Shown piece after piece: positions 17,269 through 26,189 of a DNA stretch of 64,000 nucleotides. The first letter of the stretch is position 1. Each line of letters opens with the position of its first letter. This DNA is from Candidatus Atabeyarchaeum deiterrae. GTDB lineage: Archaea; Asgardarchaeota; Atabeyarchaeia; Atabeyarchaeales; Atabeyarchaeaceae. Made by a program: the position numbers and the translations under genes. Where the stretch lies: NCBI GenBank assembly GCA_037310415.1, contig CP147780.1:1504001-1568000 (forward strand). Direction: 5' to 3'. The notes beneath the pieces were generated by a model, which searched no databases, was not told the DNA's origin, and worked only from the letters and a program-made list of their open reading frames with translations.

Positions 17269-17328
17269 ATCAACCGACTTTTGACAGCCCACCGAGAAAC
17301 AGCGATCAACCTAAGACTTTACAGAACC
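17269..17328 (-). repeat. right end: subterminal site plus terminal IR
   Basis: Reverse complements CTGTCAAAAGTCGGTTGAT and GGTTCTGTAAAGTCTTAGGTTGAT, 36 bp apart. Confidence 0.85.
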
Positions 17329-17336
17329 TGGATTTC
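17329..17336. repeat. right target-site duplication TGGATTTC
   Basis: Exact match to 11162-11169. Confidence 0.9.
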
Positions 17337-17756
17337 AAGCACATTGAATTTGTGTTGGGCTTTCAACCCAGTCAACGAATCTCCTTTCTGAACACTCTCA
17401 GCCATCTATGAAACTCTAGTTTATGCCTTATTGCTAACCTAGTCAGCCGACTTCCAGATGATTTGCCAAAGATTCTCTAAAATGGCCGACTGTGTTCAAT
17501 ACCATTCTATCAACTACAATAGGCCTGCTTCTCTTGCCTGCCGAGAAACGGCACGGAGTCTCTTAATGGCGAGCTATGATCTATTGCGCGAGTGCAACTC
17601 GCTTTGACTCCCTCCGATGATAAGATGTACGCGCAATCTGACTGTTTGTGGAAGTCGACAAGTGGTGTTGCCGAGGGTTGACCGCGAAGAGGCTGTCTAG
17701 AGGCGATAATCTTAAATGCTCCAGTCTTCTCAAGTCTTCTCAGATAACTTCATAAG

Positions 17757-18485
17757 TTGACAACGTTAACGGAGGGGACAACATTACAGAGAAGATCCGT
17801 CTGTGCTCTTATGCTGCTTCTTGGAGTTCTGCTAACGATATCATGCGTACCTTCGCAAGGTGTTAACTATCCGAAAATAGGGGTAAAGATAGGAGACTAT
17901 GCAGACTACTCATACACATTTTGGTTCAACGGATCATATCATACGCCCTTCGATTGGTATAGAATTCTTGTCGCTAACATTAGCCTATCGTCGATCCCTG
18001 GTTACACTGAATTGAGCATTGAGTTCGATGGACATTTTGCCAATGGAACGTGGTATTCTCCATGGACGGGTCACTTGGACTTGAGCAATAATAGCGTCTT
18101 GACTGGCGGGGTTGTCGACGATATCATGTGGATTGTCCCGGCAGATTTGGTTAATGGGCAATTGGTTTCAATCCCATATGTGATAAACGAGACTACCTCA
18201 ATGTTAGTTGCAGGTGCAGTCAGGACTGTCAACCATCTGAGAATTGCTGCAGATAACTTTGGCGCAGGAGACTATCACCCAGACATCTACTGGGACAAAG
18301 CTACTGGAGTGCTGGTCAAAGCCAACATACTTAGACATAATACTTGGACGAACCTCACAATGTTGTCAACAAACATGTGGTCAAATGGTGACTGGACAAC
18401 CTTGCTCCTGATAAGCGGTGGAGTTGCCCTAGTCATAGGAGTTGCGTGCTTAGTTGCTTTTGTGATTCGAAAGAGGCGAAGCTAA
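17757..18485 (+). CDS. secreted, C-terminally membrane-anchored surface protein
   Basis: Signal-like N-terminus, several N-x-S/T sequons, YWDKATGVLV, C-terminal TM helix followed by RKRRS. Confidence 0.75.
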   Translation: MTTLTEGTTLQRRSVCALMLLLGVLLTISCVPSQGVNYPKIGVKIGDYADYSYTFWFNGSYHTPFDWYRILVANISLSSIPGYTELSIEFDGHFANGTWYSPWTGHLDLSNNSVLTGGVVDDIMWIVPADLVNGQLVSIPYVINETTSMLVAGAVRTVNHLRIAADNFGAGDYHPDIYWDKATGVLVKANILRHNTWTNLTMLSTNMWSNGDWTTLLLISGGVALVIGVACLVAFVIRKRRS

Positions 18486-18863
18486 TCGTCAATTAAGAGC
18501 GATAACGACGCGGTAGCTGCGTGGCGTGTCCTCGAAGCAAACCGTGTCGATTCAAGTACTCTTTTTCGTAATTCTTGGTGTGTCAAATCAATCTTAGCAT
18601 CAATTGCTTAGGAGCTACGAGCAGGCTCTGAGCGCCTGATTGGCATCACGTTCATATAGTGTATTTTTTCCTCTTGGATATTTGTTTCAGTCTGCAACTT
18701 GATATCATTGCGGAGCATAGTTGCCTTTGAATTCTTTCGCTAAGAAGACTTATGCTTGCGAACACGCATATGGAGCCTTTGAGACTGCCAACTACCAAAG
18801 GAAATGCGTGACGGAGCAACATTCGAGAACTCAGAACAATCTGAATCTGGGGAAGAAACTCCC

Positions 18864-19727
18864 ATGACGAACAGACTAACAAAGGCGGAGTTCACTAATC
18901 TAGGCAAGATCATGTATCCAGAGGCGAAAATCACGAAGGCTCAGACAATCGAGTACTATATCCGAATGGCCCCTGCGATGCTGGATCTGCTTCATGATAG
19001 ACCATTGGTTTTGACCAGATTCCCAAATGGGATCAATCGGGAAAGCTTCTACGAAAAAGACGCGCCTCTTGGTGCACCATCTTGGATCAAGACTTTCAGG
19101 AAGTATTCCGAAGCGGCTGAAAGAGACATAAACTATGTCCTCTGTAATGATCTTGACACACTTATTTGGCTTGCTAATCTTGCTGCACTCGAGATCCATG
19201 TTACTCTCTCAAAGGCAACTTCTCTTGAAAACCCGGATCTATTGCTTTTTGATTTGGATCCTCAGCCTCCAGCAAGTTTTGATGATGTTGTCTCTGTTGC
19301 TCTACTACTTAAGGAAACCTTAGAAGAACTAGGTTTGAAATCTTTCACAAAAACCTCTGGAAAGAGAGGGCTTCACATCGTGGTTCCTATCGTTAGTGAA
19401 TACAGTTACCGGCAAACTAGAGAGTTCGTTCATCTCATCGGAAAACACTTAGTTAGGAGATCAGAAATCGTAGTCTCCGAGTTTTCAAGAGAAAAGAAGC
19501 CAGGCACCATATATATAGACTACTTGCAGAATTCTCATGGAAGGACTATGGTAAGCCCTTACAGCCTCAGAGCTACACCTGAAGCTACCGTGTCGACACC
19601 GATTGATTGGAAAGATGTCAAGAAAGGATTAAAACCTGAGACGCTGAATCTGTTCACTGTGCCCAATATTAATGAGCGGCCATGGGAGGGCATGCTACGG
19701 GACAGCCAAAGGCTGGATGTGGATTAG
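18864..19727 (+). CDS. ligD: LigD-type primase-polymerase (NHEJ Pol)
   Basis: RFPNG, FYEK, FDLDP, KTSGKRGLH, IDYLQN, PYSLRA, VSTPIDW; in-frame upstream ATG at 18804. Confidence 0.93.
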   Translation: MTNRLTKAEFTNLGKIMYPEAKITKAQTIEYYIRMAPAMLDLLHDRPLVLTRFPNGINRESFYEKDAPLGAPSWIKTFRKYSEAAERDINYVLCNDLDTLIWLANLAALEIHVTLSKATSLENPDLLLFDLDPQPPASFDDVVSVALLLKETLEELGLKSFTKTSGKRGLHIVVPIVSEYSYRQTREFVHLIGKHLVRRSEIVVSEFSREKKPGTIYIDYLQNSHGRTMVSPYSLRATPEATVSTPIDWKDVKKGLKPETLNLFTVPNINERPWEGMLRDSQRLDVD

Positions 19728-19728
19728 C

Positions 19729-20529
19729 ATGGCAAAGAAACAAGGGGAAAAACGAATCTCAAGAAGACCGATCTGGACTGGTAGCATAACAATTGGCTTA
19801 GTGAATGTTCCAGTGAAGCTACTTACCATGATATTCGATAAAGGCATCTCCTTCAGATTCCTGCATAAACACGATGGGCAGCCACTTAGATACGATAAGG
19901 TTTGTATCGAGGAAAACAAGGTTGTTCCTTGGGAAGAAATAATCCGAGGATACGAAGTCAGGAAAGGCCAATTCATAACCTTCGAAAACGATGAACTTGA
20001 AGCCGCTAGACCAGAATCTGATCAGAGGATTCGCATTGACAAATTCGTCGACTACTCTACAATAGACCCAATCTACTTTGATAAATCCTATATGCTTACG
20101 CCCGACAACAGTGAAGATGCCTACAGCTTGCTTCTAGCGGCTTTGGAGATGATGGGCAAAGCTGGAACCGGAAGAATCACACTCAGAACAAAAGAATATC
20201 CCCTCATCGTGCACGCCTACAAGGGGGCATTGGTTCTGACAACACTGCGCTATGCCTATGAAGTCGCAGATCCAGGTGACCTAGAAGAGCCCATGAAGCT
20301 AAAGCAGCCAAGAAAGGACGAATTAGATCTAGCGATGAAAATCGTCACTGATCTCTCCGGACAATTTGATTCAGCTCAGTACAAGGACGCATATAGAGAA
20401 AGAATAGAGAAACTCATCCAGATGAAACTCAAAGGAGAGCGCATCGTTTTCGAGAAGCCTGTCAAAGAGGAAGCAAAGGAATTAATGATAGCCCTCAAAG
20501 AAACTCTCAAGCAGCTGAAAAAGAAATGA
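19729..20529 (+). CDS. ku: Ku DNA end-binding protein
   Basis: IWTGSITIGLVNVPVKL, IIRGYE, IDPIYFDKSY, YKDAYRERI. Confidence 0.93.
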   Translation: MAKKQGEKRISRRPIWTGSITIGLVNVPVKLLTMIFDKGISFRFLHKHDGQPLRYDKVCIEENKVVPWEEIIRGYEVRKGQFITFENDELEAARPESDQRIRIDKFVDYSTIDPIYFDKSYMLTPDNSEDAYSLLLAALEMMGKAGTGRITLRTKEYPLIVHAYKGALVLTTLRYAYEVADPGDLEEPMKLKQPRKDELDLAMKIVTDLSGQFDSAQYKDAYRERIEKLIQMKLKGERIVFEKPVKEEAKELMIALKETLKQLKKK

Positions 20530-21920
20530 GACAATACTACAAGCCAATGCTCGCAAATTCTGCAGCAGCACCCTTCACATCAAGAGACTGGATTTTCGAG
20601 ATCAAATGGGATGGGATCAGAGCCATCAGTTATGTTGACAACGAACTGAGCGTACGAAGCAGAAACGGGAAGGAAATGAAAGACAAGTTTCCAGAGCTGG
20701 AAGAACTGAAGAGCGTAGCGATGAATACTGTCCTTGATGGCGAGATCGTCGTCATGCAAGAGAAGAGACCGGATTTTCAGACTCTTTTGGAGAGGAGCAG
20801 AGCTACCTCTATTCGTGATGCACAGTATATCGCCAGTAGCGTCCCGGTTACATATGTGGTCTTCGACATTCTTGAGAAAGATGGTGAGCGTCTGGCCAGC
20901 CTTCCGTTGGTAGAAAGAAAGAGAATACTAAGAGAACGAGTCAAGGATGGGAAATATGTCGTGTTGTCTGTCTTCGTAGAAGAGGATGGAGACACATACT
21001 ATAAGGAAGCTATCAAAAGAGGCGTCGAGGGCATCGTCGCCAAGAAAAAAGACAGTCCATATGAATCAGGTGTGCGAAGCAAGAATTGGCTAAAGGTAAA
21101 GAAAGTTCAGACGTGCGACTGCGTGATCTTTGGATATACTAAGGGCGAAGGATTCAGGGAAGGAACTTTTGGAGCCCTAATCCTGGGACTATATGACAAC
21201 AAGACTCCAGTGTTCGTAGGCAAAGTTGGAACTGGATTTTCCGATAGCACCATGCGGACGCTTCTTGAAGCATTTGAGGAGCTTAAGGCAGGCAAAGAGA
21301 CTCTCGCTGGCGTTGATGTCCAAGAGGAGATCACATGGCTCAAACCAGAGCTAGTCTGCGAGGTTGCATATCAGAATCTCACAAAAGAAGGTAAGCTGCG
21401 CATGCCAAGGTTCCACGGACTTCGACCAGACAAGATTCCGACTGAGTGCACCCTGGATCAAGTGAAACAAAGTGGCCTCTCAGAGTACGGCTCAAAGAGA
21501 GACTTCACCGTCACACCGGAGCCAAAAGGTGTCTCAAAGGTTACCGGCGGTAGAACCTTCGTCGTACAGGAACACCATGCAAGAAGACTCCACTATGACC
21601 TGCGATTAGAAAATGAAGGCGTCCTAAAGAGTTGGGCTGTTCCAAAAGGAGTCCCCGAGAAACCTAGTGAAAAGAGACTCGCAGTCGAAGTCGAGGATCA
21701 CCCACTAGAGTACGGACGATTTGAAGGAGAAATACCCAAAGGACAATATGGAGCAGGAACAGTTAGAATCTGGGACAAAGGCACTTACGAGCAAAAGACA
21801 TGGACAGCAGATAAAATCGAAGTTTTCCTAAAGGGAGAAAGACTGTCTGGAAGGTACGTGCTCGTGAAGTTCAAGAAAGCGGGCGAAAAGGGATGGATCC
21901 TCATGAAAGCGAGAGATTGA
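20526..21920 (+). CDS. ligD: LigD ATP-dependent ligase fused to C-terminal 3'-phosphoesterase (PE) domain
   Basis: EIKWDGIR, LDGEIV, EGIVAKK, VGTGF, LRMPRF, then YGSKRDF..TPEP, QEHHARRLHYDLRLE, SWAVPKG, EDHPLEY. Confidence 0.93.
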   Translation: MRQYYKPMLANSAAAPFTSRDWIFEIKWDGIRAISYVDNELSVRSRNGKEMKDKFPELEELKSVAMNTVLDGEIVVMQEKRPDFQTLLERSRATSIRDAQYIASSVPVTYVVFDILEKDGERLASLPLVERKRILRERVKDGKYVVLSVFVEEDGDTYYKEAIKRGVEGIVAKKKDSPYESGVRSKNWLKVKKVQTCDCVIFGYTKGEGFREGTFGALILGLYDNKTPVFVGKVGTGFSDSTMRTLLEAFEELKAGKETLAGVDVQEEITWLKPELVCEVAYQNLTKEGKLRMPRFHGLRPDKIPTECTLDQVKQSGLSEYGSKRDFTVTPEPKGVSKVTGGRTFVVQEHHARRLHYDLRLENEGVLKSWAVPKGVPEKPSEKRLAVEVEDHPLEYGRFEGEIPKGQYGAGTVRIWDKGTYEQKTWTADKIEVFLKGERLSGRYVLVKFKKAGEKGWILMKARD

Positions 21921-21921
21921 T

Positions 21922-22662
21922 ATGAAGAACCTCCACATAGGCACAATGGGCTGGAGCTACAATTTCTGGACCGGCAACTTCTACCCAGCAGGACTCAAAT
22001 CAGACGAGTTCCTAGCTGCATATTCGAAACACTTTGATACGGTCGAAGTAGACAACACGTTCTACAGAGTCCCCTACAAGAGCTCAGTTGAAAAATGGAA
22101 AGAGCAAACGCCAGCAGATTTCATTTTCTCTGCAAAATTCCCTCGAAAAGTGACACATCTCAAAGTGCTAAGGGACTGTGAGGAAGAGGTGCGATACTTC
22201 CTCGAGACGATGACAACTCTTCAAAACAAGCTTGGGCCACTACTACTTCAATTTCCCCCGAAGTTTGGGCCAAAAGATATTCCTGCTCTCAAAGATTTCA
22301 TTCCGATTTTGCCCAAAGGCTACAGATTCGCAGTGGAAGTAAGAAACAAGAACCTGCTTGTTGATAAGTTGTACTCGCTTCTGAGAGAAAACGGGATTGC
22401 ATTGGTCTTGCTAGATAGTCCAATTATGCCACGAATGGAAGAAGTGACTGCTAGTTTTCTCTACACAAGATGGGAAGGAGACAGAAACAAACTGAATGGG
22501 ACACTGGGAAGAGTCGAGATTGACAAAAGAGAAGATCTTCGCGATTGGAGCAAGAGAATAAGGAAAATGCTCGATGACTCAATCGAGGTTTTTGGGTACT
22601 TCAGCAAGTTCTACTCAGGTTACCCTCCATCAGATGCCATGGAACTCTTGAAGCTGATTTGA
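21922..22662 (+). CDS. DUF72 (YecE) family protein
   Basis: IGTMGWSY, VEVDNTFY, LLQFPP, AVEVRN. Confidence 0.9.
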   Translation: MKNLHIGTMGWSYNFWTGNFYPAGLKSDEFLAAYSKHFDTVEVDNTFYRVPYKSSVEKWKEQTPADFIFSAKFPRKVTHLKVLRDCEEEVRYFLETMTTLQNKLGPLLLQFPPKFGPKDIPALKDFIPILPKGYRFAVEVRNKNLLVDKLYSLLRENGIALVLLDSPIMPRMEEVTASFLYTRWEGDRNKLNGTLGRVEIDKREDLRDWSKRIRKMLDDSIEVFGYFSKFYSGYPPSDAMELLKLI

Positions 22663-22759
22663 CCTGAATTTGACCCATAAAACTCGGACAAATCAAAAAG
22701 ACTAATATCCCGTGGAGAACATAGGCAATTCTAACAATCACATCCTCGGAGGAGAGCGA

Positions 22760-22906
22760 ATGGCCAAACTCTGTGCAAAATGCCCAAACTGTGGATCCAC
22801 CTTGCATATAAATGCGTTCGGAGTGGGGGCTATGAAGTTCCCGTCGGGAATATGCGAGAAATGTGGAAAAAGGATTTACACTACAATTTTCTGGCAGGAA
22901 GACTGA
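22760..22906 (+). CDS. small Zn-ribbon protein (48 aa)
   Basis: CPNCG...CEKCG; GGAGGAG RBS upstream of ATG 22760. Confidence 0.6.
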   Translation: MAKLCAKCPNCGSTLHINAFGVGAMKFPSGICEKCGKRIYTTIFWQED

Positions 22907-22912
22907 TAGAGT

Positions 22913-24313
22913 TCAGTTCTTAGAAATTGAAGTTGAGCTTTGTTCTCTTTCGATCCGGTATCCTGCTTTTTTCCATGCTGCCATCCCGCCCAAGACACTT
23001 GTAACGTTTTCATATCCATTTATCTTCAAGACGCTTGCAGCAACCCCGGTTTTGAATCCAGGGTCGCAGACAACACATACTTTCTTGTTCCTTGGGACTT
23101 CCTTCAGATGCTCAACTAAGTGTCCAACGTAGATATGGTTGGCGCCTTCAACGTGACCGCCCTCTTGCCAGTTGCCCTCATCTCTTACATCGAGAATGAA
23201 AAGAGTTTGGTCACTCTTATGCTCTTCAAGGTTTCTTACAGTCCATTCGTCGATCATTCCTATTCTTTCAGCATTCTTATACCAGGTTGGAAAGCCCTTT
23301 GCTAGGTAGCCGATGATGTTATCATATCCGAGCCGAACGAGATACCTCGTGATCTCGTCTATACTCTGATCGTTTTCTTTCACAATAAGGATTGGTTTGT
23401 CGTAACTCAGCATCCAGCCGGCAAAGATTGGTAACCCGTCTTTCCAAATGTTGATGCTTCCTGAAATGTGCCCAGCTGCGAAGGCTGTCGGCATTCTTGT
23501 GTCAACGATCAGCGCGCCATCTTTCATCTGCTCCTTAATCTCCTTGACTGTCAGCGCCTTTGGTGATGGCAATTTGCTTAAAACGGGTGGTCCATTCTTG
23601 TTGTAGATCTCCATTTTGGCGAAGTAGGGCGGCCTTTCGAGTCTTTCCTTCATCTTGTAAGCAACGAAGCTTTCTTCATCCTTGTTTTGGAGGACGCGGT
23701 TGTTTCCCTTTTCAAATCCTATTGTTGTGAACTCGAACCCAGCGATGTCTCCTCCACAGACAGATCCTGCGCCATGCGCAGGGCAAACTATGATCTCATC
23801 GCCCAATCTTAGAATTCTGTTGAATAGGCTGTTATACATGCTTCGAGCAAGTCTCTGCCTCTGGGCTTCGCCGTAGAGATCGGTTCTGCCTACGTCCCCG
23901 GAGAACAGGGTATCACCGGTGAAAACTGTATGCATGCTATCTGAAGATTCCTTGTCTTTTAGCGTGATTGAGATGCTTTCATCTGTGTGTCCTGGCGTTT
24001 CAATGATTCCTAGCTCGAGCATACCAATGTCGAACTTTTCTCCTTCGGTGGCTGTGTTGCCATATGAGAAATCTAGCTTCGCCCCATGGTAGATCTCCGC
24101 ATCAACAATGTTAGAGAGTTCCAATGACCCTATTACATAGTCCTCATTCCTGTGTGTTTCAAAGATGTGCGTGATCTTTATTTCGTACTTCTTGGCTAGC
24201 TCCAAGTAAACATCGCAGTCTCTTCTTGGGTCAATAACAGCAGCTTCGGAGATCGACCCCACAAAATACGAGTTGTGAGCAATGCCCTCAGACTTTACTT
24301 TTTCAAAAATCAC
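22913..24313 (-). CDS. MBL-fold hydrolase with tandem rhodanese domains (persulfide dioxygenase-like)
   Basis: ETHRNEDY, TPGHT, FTGDTLF, PAHGAGS, two rhodanese domains. Confidence 0.9.
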   Translation of the reverse strand: MIFEKVKSEGIAHNSYFVGSISEAAVIDPRRDCDVYLELAKKYEIKITHIFETHRNEDYVIGSLELSNIVDAEIYHGAKLDFSYGNTATEGEKFDIGMLELGIIETPGHTDESISITLKDKESSDSMHTVFTGDTLFSGDVGRTDLYGEAQRQRLARSMYNSLFNRILRLGDEIIVCPAHGAGSVCGGDIAGFEFTTIGFEKGNNRVLQNKDEESFVAYKMKERLERPPYFAKMEIYNKNGPPVLSKLPSPKALTVKEIKEQMKDGALIVDTRMPTAFAAGHISGSINIWKDGLPIFAGWMLSYDKPILIVKENDQSIDEITRYLVRLGYDNIIGYLAKGFPTWYKNAERIGMIDEWTVRNLEEHKSDQTLFILDVRDEGNWQEGGHVEGANHIYVGHLVEHLKEVPRNKKVCVVCDPGFKTGVAASVLKINGYENVTSVLGGMAAWKKAGYRIEREQSSTSISKN

Positions 24314-24484
24314 TTTGCACCCTCTCCTTTCTCAATCGATTGAATGCTCTAGGCGCGCGGTCTTGGAGAGGTAACGGATTGCTCTTTTGAGTTTCTGATG
24401 ATCGATTTGTAATGAGCTATGTTATATATTCATCCACTATTGTATACCCACAGAAATGGTTTCTTTTGAAGGTGTCATAGAAAC

Positions 24485-25180
24485 TTGGCAAGTATGTTCA
24501 AAGCAATGATGGAGTCGATGGAAGGCGAAACACACAAATTCCTACTGATTGGAGAGAAAGCTCCTAGTTTCGAGGCTCAGACGACGAGGGGAAAGGTGAA
24601 TTTCCCTGACGACTACAAGGGCAAATGGATTGTGTTGTTTTCTCATCCAGCAGACTTCACGCCAGTTTGTACTACTGAATTCGTGGCGTTTCAGAAACGG
24701 TTCGAGCAGTTCGAGGAACTCAACGCACAGCTGATCGGACTCAGCATAGACCAAGTGTTCGCCCACATAAAGTGGGTTCAGTGGATCAAAGAGAATCTCG
24801 GAGTCGAGATCCAGTTTCCAGTAATCGCAGATGATAGAGGGAAGATCGCCGAAATGTTCGGAATGATTCATCCTGCGAAGGCAACAAACACAGTTCGAGC
24901 GGTATTCATAATTGACCCAGAGGGAATAGTAAGGCTGATAATATACTATCCACAAGAAGTTGGACGCAACTTCGACGAAATAATAAGAGTACTCAAAGCC
25001 CTGCAAGTAGTTGACAAGAACAAAGTTGCCACACCAGCGAACTGGCCAAACAATGAACTCATCGGCGACGAAGTTATCATCCCGCCACCAAAAGATGTCG
25101 AAGCCGCCGAGAAGAGAAAAGACGAGTACGAGTGCTATGACTGGTGGTTCTGCCACAAGAAACTCTTGGACAGAAACTAG
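24485..25180 (+). CDS. peroxiredoxin (archaeal Prx6 type)
   Basis: [26 protein letters not shown]. Confidence 0.95.
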   Translation: MASMFKAMMESMEGETHKFLLIGEKAPSFEAQTTRGKVNFPDDYKGKWIVLFSHPADFTPVCTTEFVAFQKRFEQFEELNAQLIGLSIDQVFAHIKWVQWIKENLGVEIQFPVIADDRGKIAEMFGMIHPAKATNTVRAVFIIDPEGIVRLIIYYPQEVGRNFDEIIRVLKALQVVDKNKVATPANWPNNELIGDEVIIPPPKDVEAAEKRKDEYECYDWWFCHKKLLDRN

Positions 25181-25419
25181 GAAGATCAGTTGTCGTCTCT
25201 CAGGAGGCGCATTACTCCTGATTGGACACAATCATCTTCTTTTTCCGAATGTGCGCTCAGGTGCTGCAACTTCCACGCGAGCTTGTCGAGTGGCGAATCA
25301 TTTATCCATCTGCGTGGGATTTCGAGAACAAAACCGATATCTGAGAAATCTATTAGGTAGTCACAGGCAAGATACTGAAATATGCAGATCCGTATTCTCG
25401 GCATGGATCGGGTTGTTTC

Positions 25420-26100
25420 ATGCTTTCATTCAACAGTGAATTGGCAATAAAGATCCCTAATTTGAAGATTGCGATTCTGAAAGTGGCAGTCCGCAAAGTC
25501 GAAGACAGAAACGAGAAACTCGAAGAGCTAAGAAAATCGCTAGCAGAGGAGGTCAGATCCGAGTATTCATTGGATACAGTCAAGGATGCAAGAAGTTTCA
25601 GGGCTTACAGAGATTTCTTCTGGAGGCTTGACATAGATCCCACGAAAATCAGACCCGCATCAGAAGCACTGATTAGAAGAATCCTACAAACAGGAACAAT
25701 CCCCACCATAAATACTGCTGTCGACGTAGTGAATATTGTATCTATTGAAACAGAGACAGTAATTGACGCATTTGACGCGAATAAGATGGCCAAGCACGCG
25801 GAGATCAGATTCGCATCAGAAGGAGAGAGATTCCTCGGAATAGGTATGGCGCATGATTTGGCGTTAGCTGGAGGAGAGATCGTAATCGCTGACAATAGGG
25901 GTCCAACCGCATTGTACCCGCATCGGGATGCAGAAAGAACAAAGATCACACCCAAAACAAGTGAGATTCTGACGGTTGCCTGTGGCGTTCCCGGAATAAA
26001 CACAGAAGAACTGGTGAACGCAGAAAGAGAAGTCTCAAGAATGATGATTCAGTTCTGCGCTGGGGAGCAAATAGGTGAGATAGTAGTTCTACCAACGTGA
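25420..26100 (+). CDS. stand-alone B3/4 (PheRS-beta editing-like) domain protein
   Basis: AYRDFFW..DPTKIRPASEALIRR, INTAVD. Confidence 0.88.
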   Translation: MLSFNSELAIKIPNLKIAILKVAVRKVEDRNEKLEELRKSLAEEVRSEYSLDTVKDARSFRAYRDFFWRLDIDPTKIRPASEALIRRILQTGTIPTINTAVDVVNIVSIETETVIDAFDANKMAKHAEIRFASEGERFLGIGMAHDLALAGGEIVIADNRGPTALYPHRDAERTKITPKTSEILTVACGVPGINTEELVNAEREVSRMMIQFCAGEQIGEIVVLPT

Positions 26101-26189
26101 CTATATCTCATGGAATCCTTGTTAATACATCATAAGACCTATTTGGATGGGCTCAATTTAACAATTCGACTTGAAGGTGGTTCTCTGGC

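Larger units (their letters stand above)
11170..17328. mobile_element. 6,159-bp IS6-like cargo transposon with SWIM-DDE transposase
   Basis: 24-bp imperfect terminal IRs (GGTTCTGTCAAGTCTTCGATTGAT vs GGTTCTGTAAAGTCTTAGGTTGAT, 21/24), 8-bp TSD, internal DDE transposase, seven passenger ORFs. Confidence 0.9.

Noticed and set aside
17610-17680. Possible C/D box sRNA (CGATGA...CTGA...CCGA)
   Set aside because: The boxes are degenerate and no guide target could be identified by eye.
10976-17700. tRNA-targeted integrative element (attL/attR)
   Set aside because: No tyrosine or serine integrase and no duplicated tRNA fragment was found; the boundaries are explained by IRs and the TSD.
24542-25231. 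Long antisense ORFs (also 41362-42018, 54712-55290, 56165-56794 and others)
   Set aside because: They are shadow frames of well-supported genes on the opposite strand and have no recognisable motifs.
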